Assembly (NCBI GenBank): GCA_049322915.1
Contig: JBMOPW010000030.1
Location: forward strand, 1-64,000
DNA length: 64,000 bases
Reading direction: 5' to 3'
Source of the DNA: Candidatus Zhuqueibacterota bacterium
GTDB taxonomy: Bacteria; Zhuqueibacterota; Zhuqueibacteria; Thermofontimicrobiales; Thermofontimicrobiaceae
In this document: piece by piece, positions 31,042 through 40,772 of the stretch
How the letters are laid out: every line of letters begins with the position of its first letter
Numbering within the stretch: the first letter of the stretch is position 1
The notes under the pieces: model-generated
The model's input: only the letters and a program-made list of their open reading frames with translations
Told to the model about the DNA's origin: nothing
Database searches by the model: none
Translations under genes and position numbers: made by a program

Positions 31042-31173
31042 TTTTTTATTTTTAATTCAGTATATTGATGCAGTGATTTTCAAACAGCTTAATGTTTTGG
31101 CCAAATCAAGTTTTGTCACTGAGCAAACAACCATTTAAACCTGTCACATACCAAACAACAAGGAGAAGTAACA

Positions 31174-31950
31174 ATGAAGAAGATGATTATTGTAGCACTC
31201 AGCGCGCTGTTCTTAATGTATGGCTGCGAAAAAAATCCGACCGACACCGACGATACAATTATCGAACTTTCCGATGAAGACAAGATGGCTATTATTTCGG
31301 CTGAAGTATCCAGCGACAACGGCGGGATGATGGCCGATCTGGAAATGGCCAGCGCCACAGCCACCACAGGGCAGCCCGGCAGTCTGAAAAAAGAGGCTGG
31401 TTACGATACGACATTCACGACCCAGTGGATCACCTACACCCTCAGCTTTGCTTTTTACACCGCGGATGGACGGGAGCAGTTGACCTATGTGGAAAACCTG
31501 ACGGATCGGATGACCTACATCAGTTCCCTCACCGGAAATTACAATGTCGAAGGCGCCAGACAGAGCATTCAGCTCGAAAAAGGCTCCAACCTGACCGTCT
31601 CCGGAATGACGACCAGCAACCTGAAATTCAACGGCACGTCGACGAACAACTCGACCTACACCTTCGATGGGCTGAGAAATGATCTCGCCGTCACCGTGGA
31701 AAGCGCCTATACTGTGACGGATCTCGCGGTGGCCAAAAATCCCACGACGCCATTTCCGACCAGCGGCAAATTAGAATGCTCGTTCAAAGGCGACTACTAT
31801 CGGGATGGCATTATCAAGGACAAAGGCGTGGCATACAACTTCAATGTGACCATTCAATTCAGCGGCGGAAGCCAGGTTAATGTGACATTGCCCGGCGGCG
31901 CCAAATTCACGCTCGATCTGGCCAGCGGCGATTACTCTGAAATGGAATAG
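31174..31950 (+). CDS. Beta-rich lipoprotein of unknown function
   Basis: MKK + hydrophobic stretch + LMYG-C lipobox; AGGAG RBS. Confidence 0.8.
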   Translation: MKKMIIVALSALFLMYGCEKNPTDTDDTIIELSDEDKMAIISAEVSSDNGGMMADLEMASATATTGQPGSLKKEAGYDTTFTTQWITYTLSFAFYTADGREQLTYVENLTDRMTYISSLTGNYNVEGARQSIQLEKGSNLTVSGMTTSNLKFNGTSTNNSTYTFDGLRNDLAVTVESAYTVTDLAVAKNPTTPFPTSGKLECSFKGDYYRDGIIKDKGVAYNFNVTIQFSGGSQVNVTLPGGAKFTLDLASGDYSEME

Positions 31951-31989
31951 CGACAGCATTTTCAAGAAACGCCTCTCTTTCTTCGAACC

Positions 31990-32022
31990 AAAAGTCCTGC
32001 GATGCATGCAGGACTTTTTTTT
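31990..32022 (+). terminator. Intrinsic terminator
   Basis: AAAAGTCCTGC / GCAGGACTTTT stem with a T run. Confidence 0.8.
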
Positions 32023-32266
32023 ACTACACGACGCATGGCTGATAACCATTCTGAAACCACATCATTGCCGAAAAAAATTAATTCTATGCAATAATATGTT
32101 TCCGCAGTTGATAAACTATGACTGTAATAAAGGGCATCTGGGAAATAAAATAATCATTCACTGTCCGATTGATTTTCCAGCTTCTCCTGCCCAGAGAGAA
32201 AACACCTCGGCAAGATTCATCTATTAAATTACAGAACACCTTTTATCATCAAAGGGAGGAAAAGCA

Positions 32267-34030
32267 ATGAAAATTGTTAAAGTTGTCACGTCCGTTTTAC
32301 TCCTATGCGCGCTGGCTACTGGCGCATTGGCTCAATCAAAGACCTACACCCCGGATCCATGGATCCAGAAATACCACCAGACCATTTCCGCGCTGAAAAA
32401 TGAAATCAATCCTGCGCTTCGTAAAACAACCGGCGCCACTGTTACTGTTGTTTTTCCGGACGCCAATCTCGAAGCCGCCGTGCGCGATGCGCTAGAGATA
32501 CCTACCGCTCCCATCACCGATGCGGATATGTTAATGCTTGCCACGTTAGTTGCGAACGATGAGAATATATCCAACCTCACAGGCCTGGAATATGCGCTCA
32601 ACTTGTCAATTCTTTCGCTTCGAGAGAACAACATTTCAGACTTATCGCCATTACAAAATCTGACTTCAATGTCTTACTTGTTTGTGGACAATAATTATGT
32701 CCTCACCAGTATTCAGCCCATTGCTAACATGCGGAATTTGCTTTATCTGGGCTTTGGCAATAATGCAATCACTGATATCAGTGTCCTGCAAAATATCAAT
32801 TATATCATCGATCTGAATCTGAATAACAACCAGATTACGGACATTTCTCCGCTGAGAAATCAGCGGCAGTTGGACGTTCTGGTTGCCGGCAACAATAATA
32901 TCGAGGATATCAGCGCCCTTGCGAACGTCAGGAGCCTGACGACATTATACCTGCAGGGCAATGAAATCAGCGATATTTCGCCCCTGGCAAATCTGACGAA
33001 TCTTTTGGATCTGTACATTCCGTCAAATCAGATTTCTGATATGAGCGCGGTGGCGAACATGACAGAATTAGTATCGCTCTCGATTCACACAAACCAGATC
33101 AGCGATCTTTCTCCGGTGGAAAACCTGACGGCATTGTCCGTGCTGGTCATTAACGACAATTCCATTTCCGACCTGTCGCCGATTCAAGGTTTGACCAATC
33201 TTTCGACGCTTTACCTCGGAAATAATAATATATCAGACGCAAGCCCCGCCTCCGGACTTGTCAACCTGACCGGGCTTAAAATGGAAGGCAACTTACTGAA
33301 CAACGACGATCTGCTCTCGTTTTACGATCTTGACGCCCTGGCCGGTCTGGACTTATCCAACAATCCGGATATTACGAGCGGGACTGCCATGCAGGCGTTG
33401 GGCGATAATCTGGACAGCATGAACTGCGAGGACATCGTATGGGATGGCCAATGCGGAATCGATCCCCCTGTCCCGGTGGAGTTATCCGCGTTCAACGCGC
33501 ACATTCAAGCTGGAAAAATCGTGCTGCAATGGGCGACTGAGTCCGAGACTAATTCATTTGGATTTGACATCGAAAAGAGTCGCGACGGTGAAACGTTCGA
33601 ACGAATCGGTTTCGTTCAGGGTCAGGGAACCACGTCGACGCCTTCACGCTACGAATTCATCGACCAGAGCGTTGTGGCTGGCGCCAATTATTACCGACTG
33701 CGTCAGGTGGATTTTGACGGGCAATTCGAATATTCCGACATCATTGACGTGGTGGTCGGCGCGCCGACCCGGTTCAAGTTGGGACAGAATTTTCCCAATC
33801 CGTTCAACTCATCCACAATGATCTCCTTCGCGCTCCCGGAACGCGCCCATGTTGAAATCACCGTGTTCGACATCACAGGCAAAACCCTGGCGGTCGTGAC
33901 AAACCAGACATTCGAAGCCGGCTCTTACAACGTTCATTTCAATGCCAGCAGCCTGCCCTCCGGCTCTTATTTTTATAAAATGGTCGCCGGCCAATATTCA
34001 TCCGTACAGAAGCTGGTTGTGTTAAAATAA
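32267..34030 (+). CDS. Secreted internalin-like leucine-rich repeat protein with C-terminal FlgD-Ig/T9SS-A-like sorting domain
   Basis: Signal peptide; FPDANLEAAVR cap; 22-aa LxxLxLxxNxIxDIxPL repeats; PVELSAF domain; QNFPNPFN...SGSYFYKM CTD. Confidence 0.9.
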   Translation: MKIVKVVTSVLLLCALATGALAQSKTYTPDPWIQKYHQTISALKNEINPALRKTTGATVTVVFPDANLEAAVRDALEIPTAPITDADMLMLATLVANDENISNLTGLEYALNLSILSLRENNISDLSPLQNLTSMSYLFVDNNYVLTSIQPIANMRNLLYLGFGNNAITDISVLQNINYIIDLNLNNNQITDISPLRNQRQLDVLVAGNNNIEDISALANVRSLTTLYLQGNEISDISPLANLTNLLDLYIPSNQISDMSAVANMTELVSLSIHTNQISDLSPVENLTALSVLVINDNSISDLSPIQGLTNLSTLYLGNNNISDASPASGLVNLTGLKMEGNLLNNDDLLSFYDLDALAGLDLSNNPDITSGTAMQALGDNLDSMNCEDIVWDGQCGIDPPVPVELSAFNAHIQAGKIVLQWATESETNSFGFDIEKSRDGETFERIGFVQGQGTTSTPSRYEFIDQSVVAGANYYRLRQVDFDGQFEYSDIIDVVVGAPTRFKLGQNFPNPFNSSTMISFALPERAHVEITVFDITGKTLAVVTNQTFEAGSYNVHFNASSLPSGSYFYKMVAGQYSSVQKLVVLK

Positions 34031-34094
34031 AAAGCATTGTCATACAGCGACGAAAAGACTTTTTAAGGCCATCTTAAAAAGTCTTTTTTTTATT
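33931..34094 (+). repeat. Direct repeat A, copy 1 (last ~32 codons of the LRR gene plus its terminator)
   Basis: Matches 46324-46591 apart from 3 substitutions, one extra T in the T run and a 103-bp insertion. Confidence 0.95.
34053..34091 (+). terminator. Intrinsic terminator
   Basis: AAAAGACTTTTTAAG / CTTAAAAAGTCTTTT stem with a T run. Confidence 0.85.
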
Positions 34095-34667
34095 GATTCG
34101 TTCGAGCCCTGCTTATAAATCGCCTGGTCAATGCCAGAAGGATTGATATTTTCGGAATGGACGACATGGTCCATGGCCATTTCTTGCACCGCATTCGCCT
34201 CATTAGAATTCTCCATTGAAGATAGCAATTGCCGCCATGGTCCGCTGGGTGTAATTCACGAATCGTGACCATTCGCAGATCCACATCGCTCTGGATCGAT
34301 ACTGCTTCCAAATAATTGAAATTGATGTGGCCACTAAATCGCTCGACGCCTCGCTGTAACATCTGAAAAATTTGAGTTGAGCCCGAAGCTCGGAATTAAT
34401 GGATCAATAGCGTCGCAAGTCGAAGTAAGCCGAACTGGCTGCGCCGACCGGATAATCTCAGGTTTTAAAATTTTTCCCAGCCTGCCAGGGCCTACTGATT
34501 CAGCCCTGATGGCAAAAAACTAGTTGCAGTTTAGAAATTAATTTATTAATTTTAAGAAATTTCCCTTACTGTCGTTTGTCCAATCTCTGACTTTTTTTTA
34601 TTTGGTTACCAGAAATCCTTTCCATGGAGCACAAGTCGTTGTATGACAGAGTTCGCTGAAACCTAAC

Positions 34668-34950
34668 ATGGAAAAAAAGACACTATTATCTCTCATTATC
34701 ACAGCTTAGAAGAACTTGGCGCTGGCGGCATAGGCATCGTTTACAAAGCCAGGGAGTTGAATCTCAATCGCATCGTGGTACTAAATTTCTTTCGCCGCAA
34801 CTCACCCATGATAACGATGCCATTGCGCGATTTTTCCAAAAAGCGGAGATCGTCTCCGGCTTTAATCGCCCCAATATTTTCATCCTTCACGGGATCGATG
34901 AGCGGTAAGGTCTTCATATCATGGTCATGGAATGTGTCAATGGTGGTCGG
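34668..34950 (+). pseudogene. Degraded Ser/Thr protein kinase N-lobe
   Basis: ISHYHSLEELGAGGIGIVYKARELNLNRIVVLNF, frameshift, then PQLTHDNDAIARFFQKAEIVSGFNRPNIFILHGIDER*...IMVMECVNG. Confidence 0.8.
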
Positions 34951-35044
34951 TGGCGGCTTGATTCCAGGGAAATATAACCCGACAGTTGAAAAAAGTGCCA
35001 AAGATGCGACCACCGGCGGAGTGATCGCAGGATATTCGGTCGTC

Positions 35045-35385
35045 ACTGTGAAGGGAAAGTTGTTTTATGGAAGTTCCATTCCCGACGATAACGGCAAAAT
35101 ACTGTTCGTCCCATTCCCGCATACTTCCGATATAACCGAAATGAATCGAGATAAACGACTGGAAATCATGGAACTGCTGTCAGCCGGCGTAGAAATATAA
35201 AAAGCAACACTGCCACTTCATGGATTCAATATCAGAATGAACCTGGGAGAGTTGCCAGGGCTGGTGTAAAAAATCACCTGCATTTTCACATCGTTCCCCG
35301 GTAGAACGCCGATACCAATTCTGTGCCGGTTTGCAGGCGTACAAAGGTAGTTTCGGAAGGACTAATGGAGACATGAGAGTCACTA
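35045..35385 (+). pseudogene. Degraded HIT family hydrolase
   Basis: NGKILFVPFPH...EIMELL, stop, HGFNIRMNLG, frameshift, RVARAGVKNHLHFHIVPR*NADTN. The HxHxH triad is retained. Confidence 0.8.
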
Positions 35386-35440
35386 AAAAAAGTTATTATA
35401 ATTTGGACAATAACGCAGTCAACAACTCTATCTGAACCCG

Positions 35441-37543
35441 GTGCTACAAAAAAAGAGCAAAATTCTCCTGTATTTTTTATGTGGGATTGCAATCCCATGC
35501 CTACTGTTAAGCTATTTTGCTTATCGCGGCATTCAAAATGACCGGGCGATTTACGAACAGCAAATGCTTCAAAAAAATCAGCAAACCGCCGGGCGAATTG
35601 TCGAAACCATTCATTCTCACTTCTGCGAAATCGAGCAACGCGCAGCCAGCTTGATCGCATCGCTGCCGAGACATCCAGATCCACCATTGCTTGATCGACT
35701 GCACTCACTGAAAAATAGCCATCCTTTAGTAGAAGATTGCTTTTTGTTTAACAGCCAGACCGATGAGATTTCTCTGCCTGTTTCCAGGTTGCTTTTCACA
35801 CACGACAATAAAATGGAGAATGCTAATCCCCAAAGAGATATTGCCGTTTTACCGGGATTTGCTCAGGGATTGCAAAGTGAATTTCAAAAGCATGATTTTG
35901 GTCAAGCAGTAAAATCTTATCAAGCTGCTTTCTCGGATGCTAAAAATAAAAGCATAAAAGGCGAAATATTAAATGCGATTGCACGGACACAAAAAAAAGC
36001 TGGCAATTTTTCAGATGCGATTGAATCTTACCAAAATCTATTGGAGGAATTCGGCGAGGTTGTCAGCTCGAATGGAATTCCTCTGAAATTAGCTGCGCAA
36101 ATTGAATTGGGCTTTATCTACCGAACTTTGAAAGATACGCTGAAATCTTTCCAGCACTATTTGACTGCCTACCATGATTTGTTCCAGGGAACGTGTTTGC
36201 TGGAACAATCTCGTTATGAATTCTGGAGTCACACCTTAAATGACTCGCTGCACAAAATTTTTCAGGACGAAAACTCATCATTTCATTTCGTCTTCTCCGA
36301 CAGCTTCAAAACCATTCAGGATGAAGAATCTCAGCAAAAAAAAATTACCAGGCGATTATTAAAATTTCAAGCTGAAGCTGGCAATCTGATTTCGAAAAAA
36401 TTGTTGTCACGACCCGGAAGCGATTTTTTTCGATTTGGCGTCAGTCTGGATGATCAACAATATTTCGTTTCAATGATTGGTCCAATGCCAAAAGAATCCA
36501 CAGATTTCTTGGGCATCCTTTGGAGAAGAAATTTGATTCAGGATTCACTTTTACATTTTTTAATGAATGAGCATCTGCCAGATGACCACATTTCCTGGAA
36601 AGTCACTGACGATGAGAACTGTGTTATTTTGCAGTCAGAAAACTATGCTGCAGAAAACACTCGTTTGTTAGTGACGGCTTCGTTTGTTGATAATTTTCCG
36701 AACTGGACTTTAGCACTGTTTCGTCAAAATCCGAATCTGATCGAAGACCTTTTAGCTTCACGACGCAGCTTTTATTTTTATGTTTTCTTGCTCATCGCCG
36801 GCATCCTTGTCTTCGGGCTAATATTAACGATCCGCAGTGTCTCGCACGAGCTGGAATTTGTGAAACTGAAATCCGATTTCGTTTCCAGCGTCTCCCATGA
36901 ACTGAAAAGCCCGCTGACCTCAATTCGTCAGCTAGCTGAAATGCTCCAGACGGGCAGGGTGCCGACGGAGGAGCGTCGTCAAAAATATTATGACGTCATT
37001 GTGGAACAGAGCAAACGACTTGCTCTGATGATCAGCAATGTCCTGGATTTTGCGAAGATGGAGGATGGAAAAAAACAATTTGAATTTGAATCAACCGATA
37101 TGGAGCCATTTTTGCGTGAAGCGATTGCGGAAATCCAACAGCAGGTGAGTCACCAGGAATTTACGATAACTGTAAATATAGCGAAAACGTTGCCGACTAT
37201 CGCCATTGATCGTAATGCCATTTCACAGGCAATTACCAATTTATTTGATAATGCGATTAAATATTCAGATCTAATTAAAACAGTAAATGTAGATTCATTT
37301 CTAAAAGATGGGTATCTGCACATCAGCATTCAGGATTTTGGCGCTGGAATCAGTCAGGAAGAAATGGCAAAAATATTTGATCGTTTCTATCGCGGGAACA
37401 CTGAATTTATTCGAAGTAGAAAAGGGAGTGGGCTTGGTCTCACACTCGTGAAACAAATTATCCAGGCGCATCATGGCACAATCGAAATTGCCAGTGAGCC
37501 AGGAAGAGGGAGCACGTTCACCATCAAAATACCAGCTCATTGA
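35441..37543 (+). CDS. Sensor histidine kinase with TPR-containing extracytoplasmic domain
   Basis: Two TM segments, TPR-like helices, SHELKSPL, DNAIKYS, DFGAGI, GSGLGL. Confidence 0.9.
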   Translation: MLQKKSKILLYFLCGIAIPCLLLSYFAYRGIQNDRAIYEQQMLQKNQQTAGRIVETIHSHFCEIEQRAASLIASLPRHPDPPLLDRLHSLKNSHPLVEDCFLFNSQTDEISLPVSRLLFTHDNKMENANPQRDIAVLPGFAQGLQSEFQKHDFGQAVKSYQAAFSDAKNKSIKGEILNAIARTQKKAGNFSDAIESYQNLLEEFGEVVSSNGIPLKLAAQIELGFIYRTLKDTLKSFQHYLTAYHDLFQGTCLLEQSRYEFWSHTLNDSLHKIFQDENSSFHFVFSDSFKTIQDEESQQKKITRRLLKFQAEAGNLISKKLLSRPGSDFFRFGVSLDDQQYFVSMIGPMPKESTDFLGILWRRNLIQDSLLHFLMNEHLPDDHISWKVTDDENCVILQSENYAAENTRLLVTASFVDNFPNWTLALFRQNPNLIEDLLASRRSFYFYVFLLIAGILVFGLILTIRSVSHELEFVKLKSDFVSSVSHELKSPLTSIRQLAEMLQTGRVPTEERRQKYYDVIVEQSKRLALMISNVLDFAKMEDGKKQFEFESTDMEPFLREAIAEIQQQVSHQEFTITVNIAKTLPTIAIDRNAISQAITNLFDNAIKYSDLIKTVNVDSFLKDGYLHISIQDFGAGISQEEMAKIFDRFYRGNTEFIRSRKGSGLGLTLVKQIIQAHHGTIEIASEPGRGSTFTIKIPAH

Positions 37544-37746
37544 TTTTAGAATAACGAATTTAAATTTGAGATTCTATTTTGGAAAAATCGTTTTGGGATT
37601 GCACTCTTGAATCGTAAATATATAACTGGTAGGATATGCTTGTGAGGACTTAATTTTTCAGAGTGTAAAAAAATGGATATGCTGATTCCATCACTCGGAT
37701 TAACGGAATCAGCATAAAATTTTAACCCTGAATTGGGATTATAGTG

Positions 37747-38433
37747 ATGCCACAGATATTGATTGTAGAGGACGATGAAAACATTCGCATGGCGCTGGAA
37801 GATGATTTATCGCTTGAAGGCTATCTCGTTCACAGCGCGGCAGACGGGGAGGAAGGATTGCGGATGGCGAAAGACCAGTCATTCGATCTCATCATCCTCG
37901 ATCTCATGTTGCCCCGGCTTGATGGAATTGAGGTGTGCAAAGAGCTTCGCAAGGCAAATATCTTTACCCCAATCATTATGTTGACAGCTAAAAGTAAGGA
38001 ATTGGATAAAATCACCGGGCTGGAAATGGGCGCTGATGATTATATCACCAAACCATTCAGTCCTCGTGAGTTACTGGCTCGAATCAAGGCGATTCTCAGG
38101 CGATCTCAACCAGTTGATTCGGATGTCCACATTTATCACTTCGGTGATGTTGAAATAAATTTTAAAAAATACATCGCCACAAAAAATGGCAAACCTATTG
38201 CCCTGACCGCATTGGAATTTGCGCTGATTCGATTGTTCATCAGCCATCCGGATGAAGTTTTAAGCCGGGATTTTATTTTGAATGAAATTTGGGGAGAAGA
38301 TGTACTGGTGACAAATCGAACTGTGGATACCCATATCGCCAATCTGCGCAAAAAACTTGAAACTGATCCCAGTAATCCAAAATTTATCACTGGTGTCAGA
38401 GGCATTGGTTATCGTTCAGAGTTCAAGCTTTAG
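37747..38433 (+). CDS. OmpR/PhoB family response regulator
   Basis: IVEDD, LDLMLP, GADDYITKPF, RTVDTHIANLRKK. Confidence 0.93.
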   Translation: MPQILIVEDDENIRMALEDDLSLEGYLVHSAADGEEGLRMAKDQSFDLIILDLMLPRLDGIEVCKELRKANIFTPIIMLTAKSKELDKITGLEMGADDYITKPFSPRELLARIKAILRRSQPVDSDVHIYHFGDVEINFKKYIATKNGKPIALTALEFALIRLFISHPDEVLSRDFILNEIWGEDVLVTNRTVDTHIANLRKKLETDPSNPKFITGVRGIGYRSEFKL

Positions 38434-38482
38434 CTTGATCAGCCTAAAACCTGAACTCCAAACTGTAATGGATTCACTTCTT

Positions 38483-40387
38483 ATGATGAAATTCTATTAC
38501 AAAATCTTCTGTTTTTCAATTTTCATTTTTCTTATTCTACTTGAAAGAGATACCGCAGCTCAAGAAGATCCGACCCAGCTTTTTCAGACTGGAATCTATG
38601 CTGAAGAAGTTCAGGGTGATCTGGAGAGGGCATTGTCTTTTTATAATAAAATTATTATCAATCATCCTGATAGCCGTTCAATGGCTGCAAAAGCGCTGCT
38701 GCATATTGGATATTGCTATGAAAAATTAGGGCAGGGTAAAGCCGCAGACGCTTATAAAAAATTAATTGACAGCTATCCTGATCAAATTGAAGCTGCGGCT
38801 ACGGCTAAAATGCGGTTGGGAAAAATCAACAAGCCGAGTTCAATCAATCCACTCATGAAATTCTATTTCGATCGGTTGGGAATCGATGTTTTAACTGCAA
38901 CTTCACCCGATGCCAAATTCCTTGCCTATACCGATTGGACGACTGGCAACCTTATAATTAAGAATCATGCCTCAGGTGCGAAGAGAAAGCTGACCGAGGC
39001 AAATTGGTCGCGTTCTCACGAATTTGCTCTGCGTCCCATCTGGTCGCATGATGGGAAATTCGTTGCCTATAGCTGGTATCGACAACACTATTTCACAGAA
39101 TTGCGTATCGTTGAGGTCGCATCGGGCATCAGCCAGGTTGTCTATTCCCATCCTGATGCCAGTATTGCTCCACAGGACTGGCATCCTGATGGTCATACAA
39201 TCCTCTGCAACATAACAAGTTATAAAGGCAATCGCCAGGTTAGGTTGGCGATCGTCTCATTGAATAGTGGTGAAGTCCAGGAGTTTTTGCCGCTGGATAT
39301 TAATTCCCGATGTATGAAATTTTCACCAGATGGCAAATATATCGCCTACGATACTCAACAGCCAGATAATCGTCACATCTTTGTGCTGGATCTGGAAAAT
39401 TTTAAGCCGTTGCAAATCACCTCTGGAACGTATGGCGGCAGAGGCTATGACGCTCCCATCTGGTCGTCCGATGGAAAATTGCTGTTGTTTCGGAGCTCCC
39501 GGTTGGGTCAATATGACCTCTGGGCATTGCCGATGAACAATGGGAAACCGAACGGGGAATCCTATCTGGTTCAATCCGATTTGACCAATGCGATGGTCGC
39601 TATGAAAGGGATCAGCCATCGTACGGCGACAAAGCCAGGGCAATCGCTAATCAGCACCTTTTTAGCTCGAACTAGTAAAAATAGCAGGGGATCATTTGTT
39701 GAAGATTTTTCGTCGCCAAAGCTGGATTCCTCCTGGCTGGTTTTGGAATGGCGGCAATCCAATATTTATGACTACGCCAGCTTTGGTCGCTATTCTCTGG
39801 AAGAAAATCCGGGACAACTTCGTTATTACCTGGATCCGATCATGGGTGAAGTATACATCCATAACTACTTGCCCTATTTTTCGGGTTGGTATTGGTTATA
39901 TCCAGGACTACAAATCAACCGTATCCTTCCTACCGATAGCTGGGAATTAGAAGCAAGAGTCACTTATTCCATGATCGATGTCCTAGCGGGACGAGCCTTC
40001 GATCTGATGATTTGTTTCGATCCAGAACAGGATCGAGGAACAGCACTAATCATCAGCCGCTCCAAAGATTTTGGAACCAATAAATTGGATATTCAGTTGC
40101 AGGATCGTGGCGAGATCACAGCATCCAACGATGATTGTTTAGCGCCAGCCGATAGCATTGGAGTAATTAAATTTACTTATGTCTTTCGAATTTCAAGAAA
40201 GGATACCCTCATTCAGGTTAAATTAAGTGATGACGATGGAATCAGCTTCAGACCTGCGCTATCTGGCACACTTCGGTCCGATCTAAAAAACCTACCGCAG
40301 CTCCTCATTTTAACCGGGAACTGTTGGTTCTTACCGGCAGGCTCGTATGCGGATTGGGACTATATTCGATTTTCGATTTCGGAATGA
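38483..40387 (+). CDS. Exported TPR + TolB-like (PD40) beta-propeller protein with C-terminal beta-sandwich
   Basis: Signal-like N-terminus; TPR (AAKALLHIGYCYEKLG); WSHDGK, WHPDG, FSPDGK and WSSDGK repeats. The exact start is uncertain. Confidence 0.82.
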   Translation: MMKFYYKIFCFSIFIFLILLERDTAAQEDPTQLFQTGIYAEEVQGDLERALSFYNKIIINHPDSRSMAAKALLHIGYCYEKLGQGKAADAYKKLIDSYPDQIEAAATAKMRLGKINKPSSINPLMKFYFDRLGIDVLTATSPDAKFLAYTDWTTGNLIIKNHASGAKRKLTEANWSRSHEFALRPIWSHDGKFVAYSWYRQHYFTELRIVEVASGISQVVYSHPDASIAPQDWHPDGHTILCNITSYKGNRQVRLAIVSLNSGEVQEFLPLDINSRCMKFSPDGKYIAYDTQQPDNRHIFVLDLENFKPLQITSGTYGGRGYDAPIWSSDGKLLLFRSSRLGQYDLWALPMNNGKPNGESYLVQSDLTNAMVAMKGISHRTATKPGQSLISTFLARTSKNSRGSFVEDFSSPKLDSSWLVLEWRQSNIYDYASFGRYSLEENPGQLRYYLDPIMGEVYIHNYLPYFSGWYWLYPGLQINRILPTDSWELEARVTYSMIDVLAGRAFDLMICFDPEQDRGTALIISRSKDFGTNKLDIQLQDRGEITASNDDCLAPADSIGVIKFTYVFRISRKDTLIQVKLSDDDGISFRPALSGTLRSDLKNLPQLLILTGNCWFLPAGSYADWDYIRFSISE

Positions 40388-40511
40388 TGATTTTAGATTT
40401 CAGAATGTAGAAATAAACCATCTTTCTGTCTCCAAGCTTAAGATTTGGAAACCATGTCCTTCCTGCGCCACGCCCCGCGCTACAAGCCCATCGCTCCCTG
40501 TTTGCTATTTT

Positions 40512-40551
40512 CTTCACACAATCTTAACAGACACTTTGCAATCCCTTCACT
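40512..40551 (+). promoter_or_regulatory. Four-unit PhoB/OmpR-type box array
   Basis: CTTCACA, CTTAACA, CTTTGCA and CTTCACT at an exact 11-bp period (40512, 40523, 40534, 40545), then TATATT at about 40573. Confidence 0.7.
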
Positions 40552-40772
40552 CAACTCCTTTTCCAATTGATTATATTGGTGACGATTAAATCAGTACTTA
40601 TCGCCATCCATAAAAAAACAAGCATGGCCAAAATTAATTTTGTTTTGGTGATGTTCGAACAATTACCAACCACATCCTTAGGCAAATTTTAATCATCCCT
40701 TCATCAGGAGAGTATCGATTAACATCTCTTGAAACAACTCTTTTCATTCAATTTTTTTTAGGAGGATTCGCT

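Noticed and set aside
34757..35200. 147-aa ORF as a real gene
   Set aside because: A chimeric read-through of the frameshifted kinase and HIT remnants.
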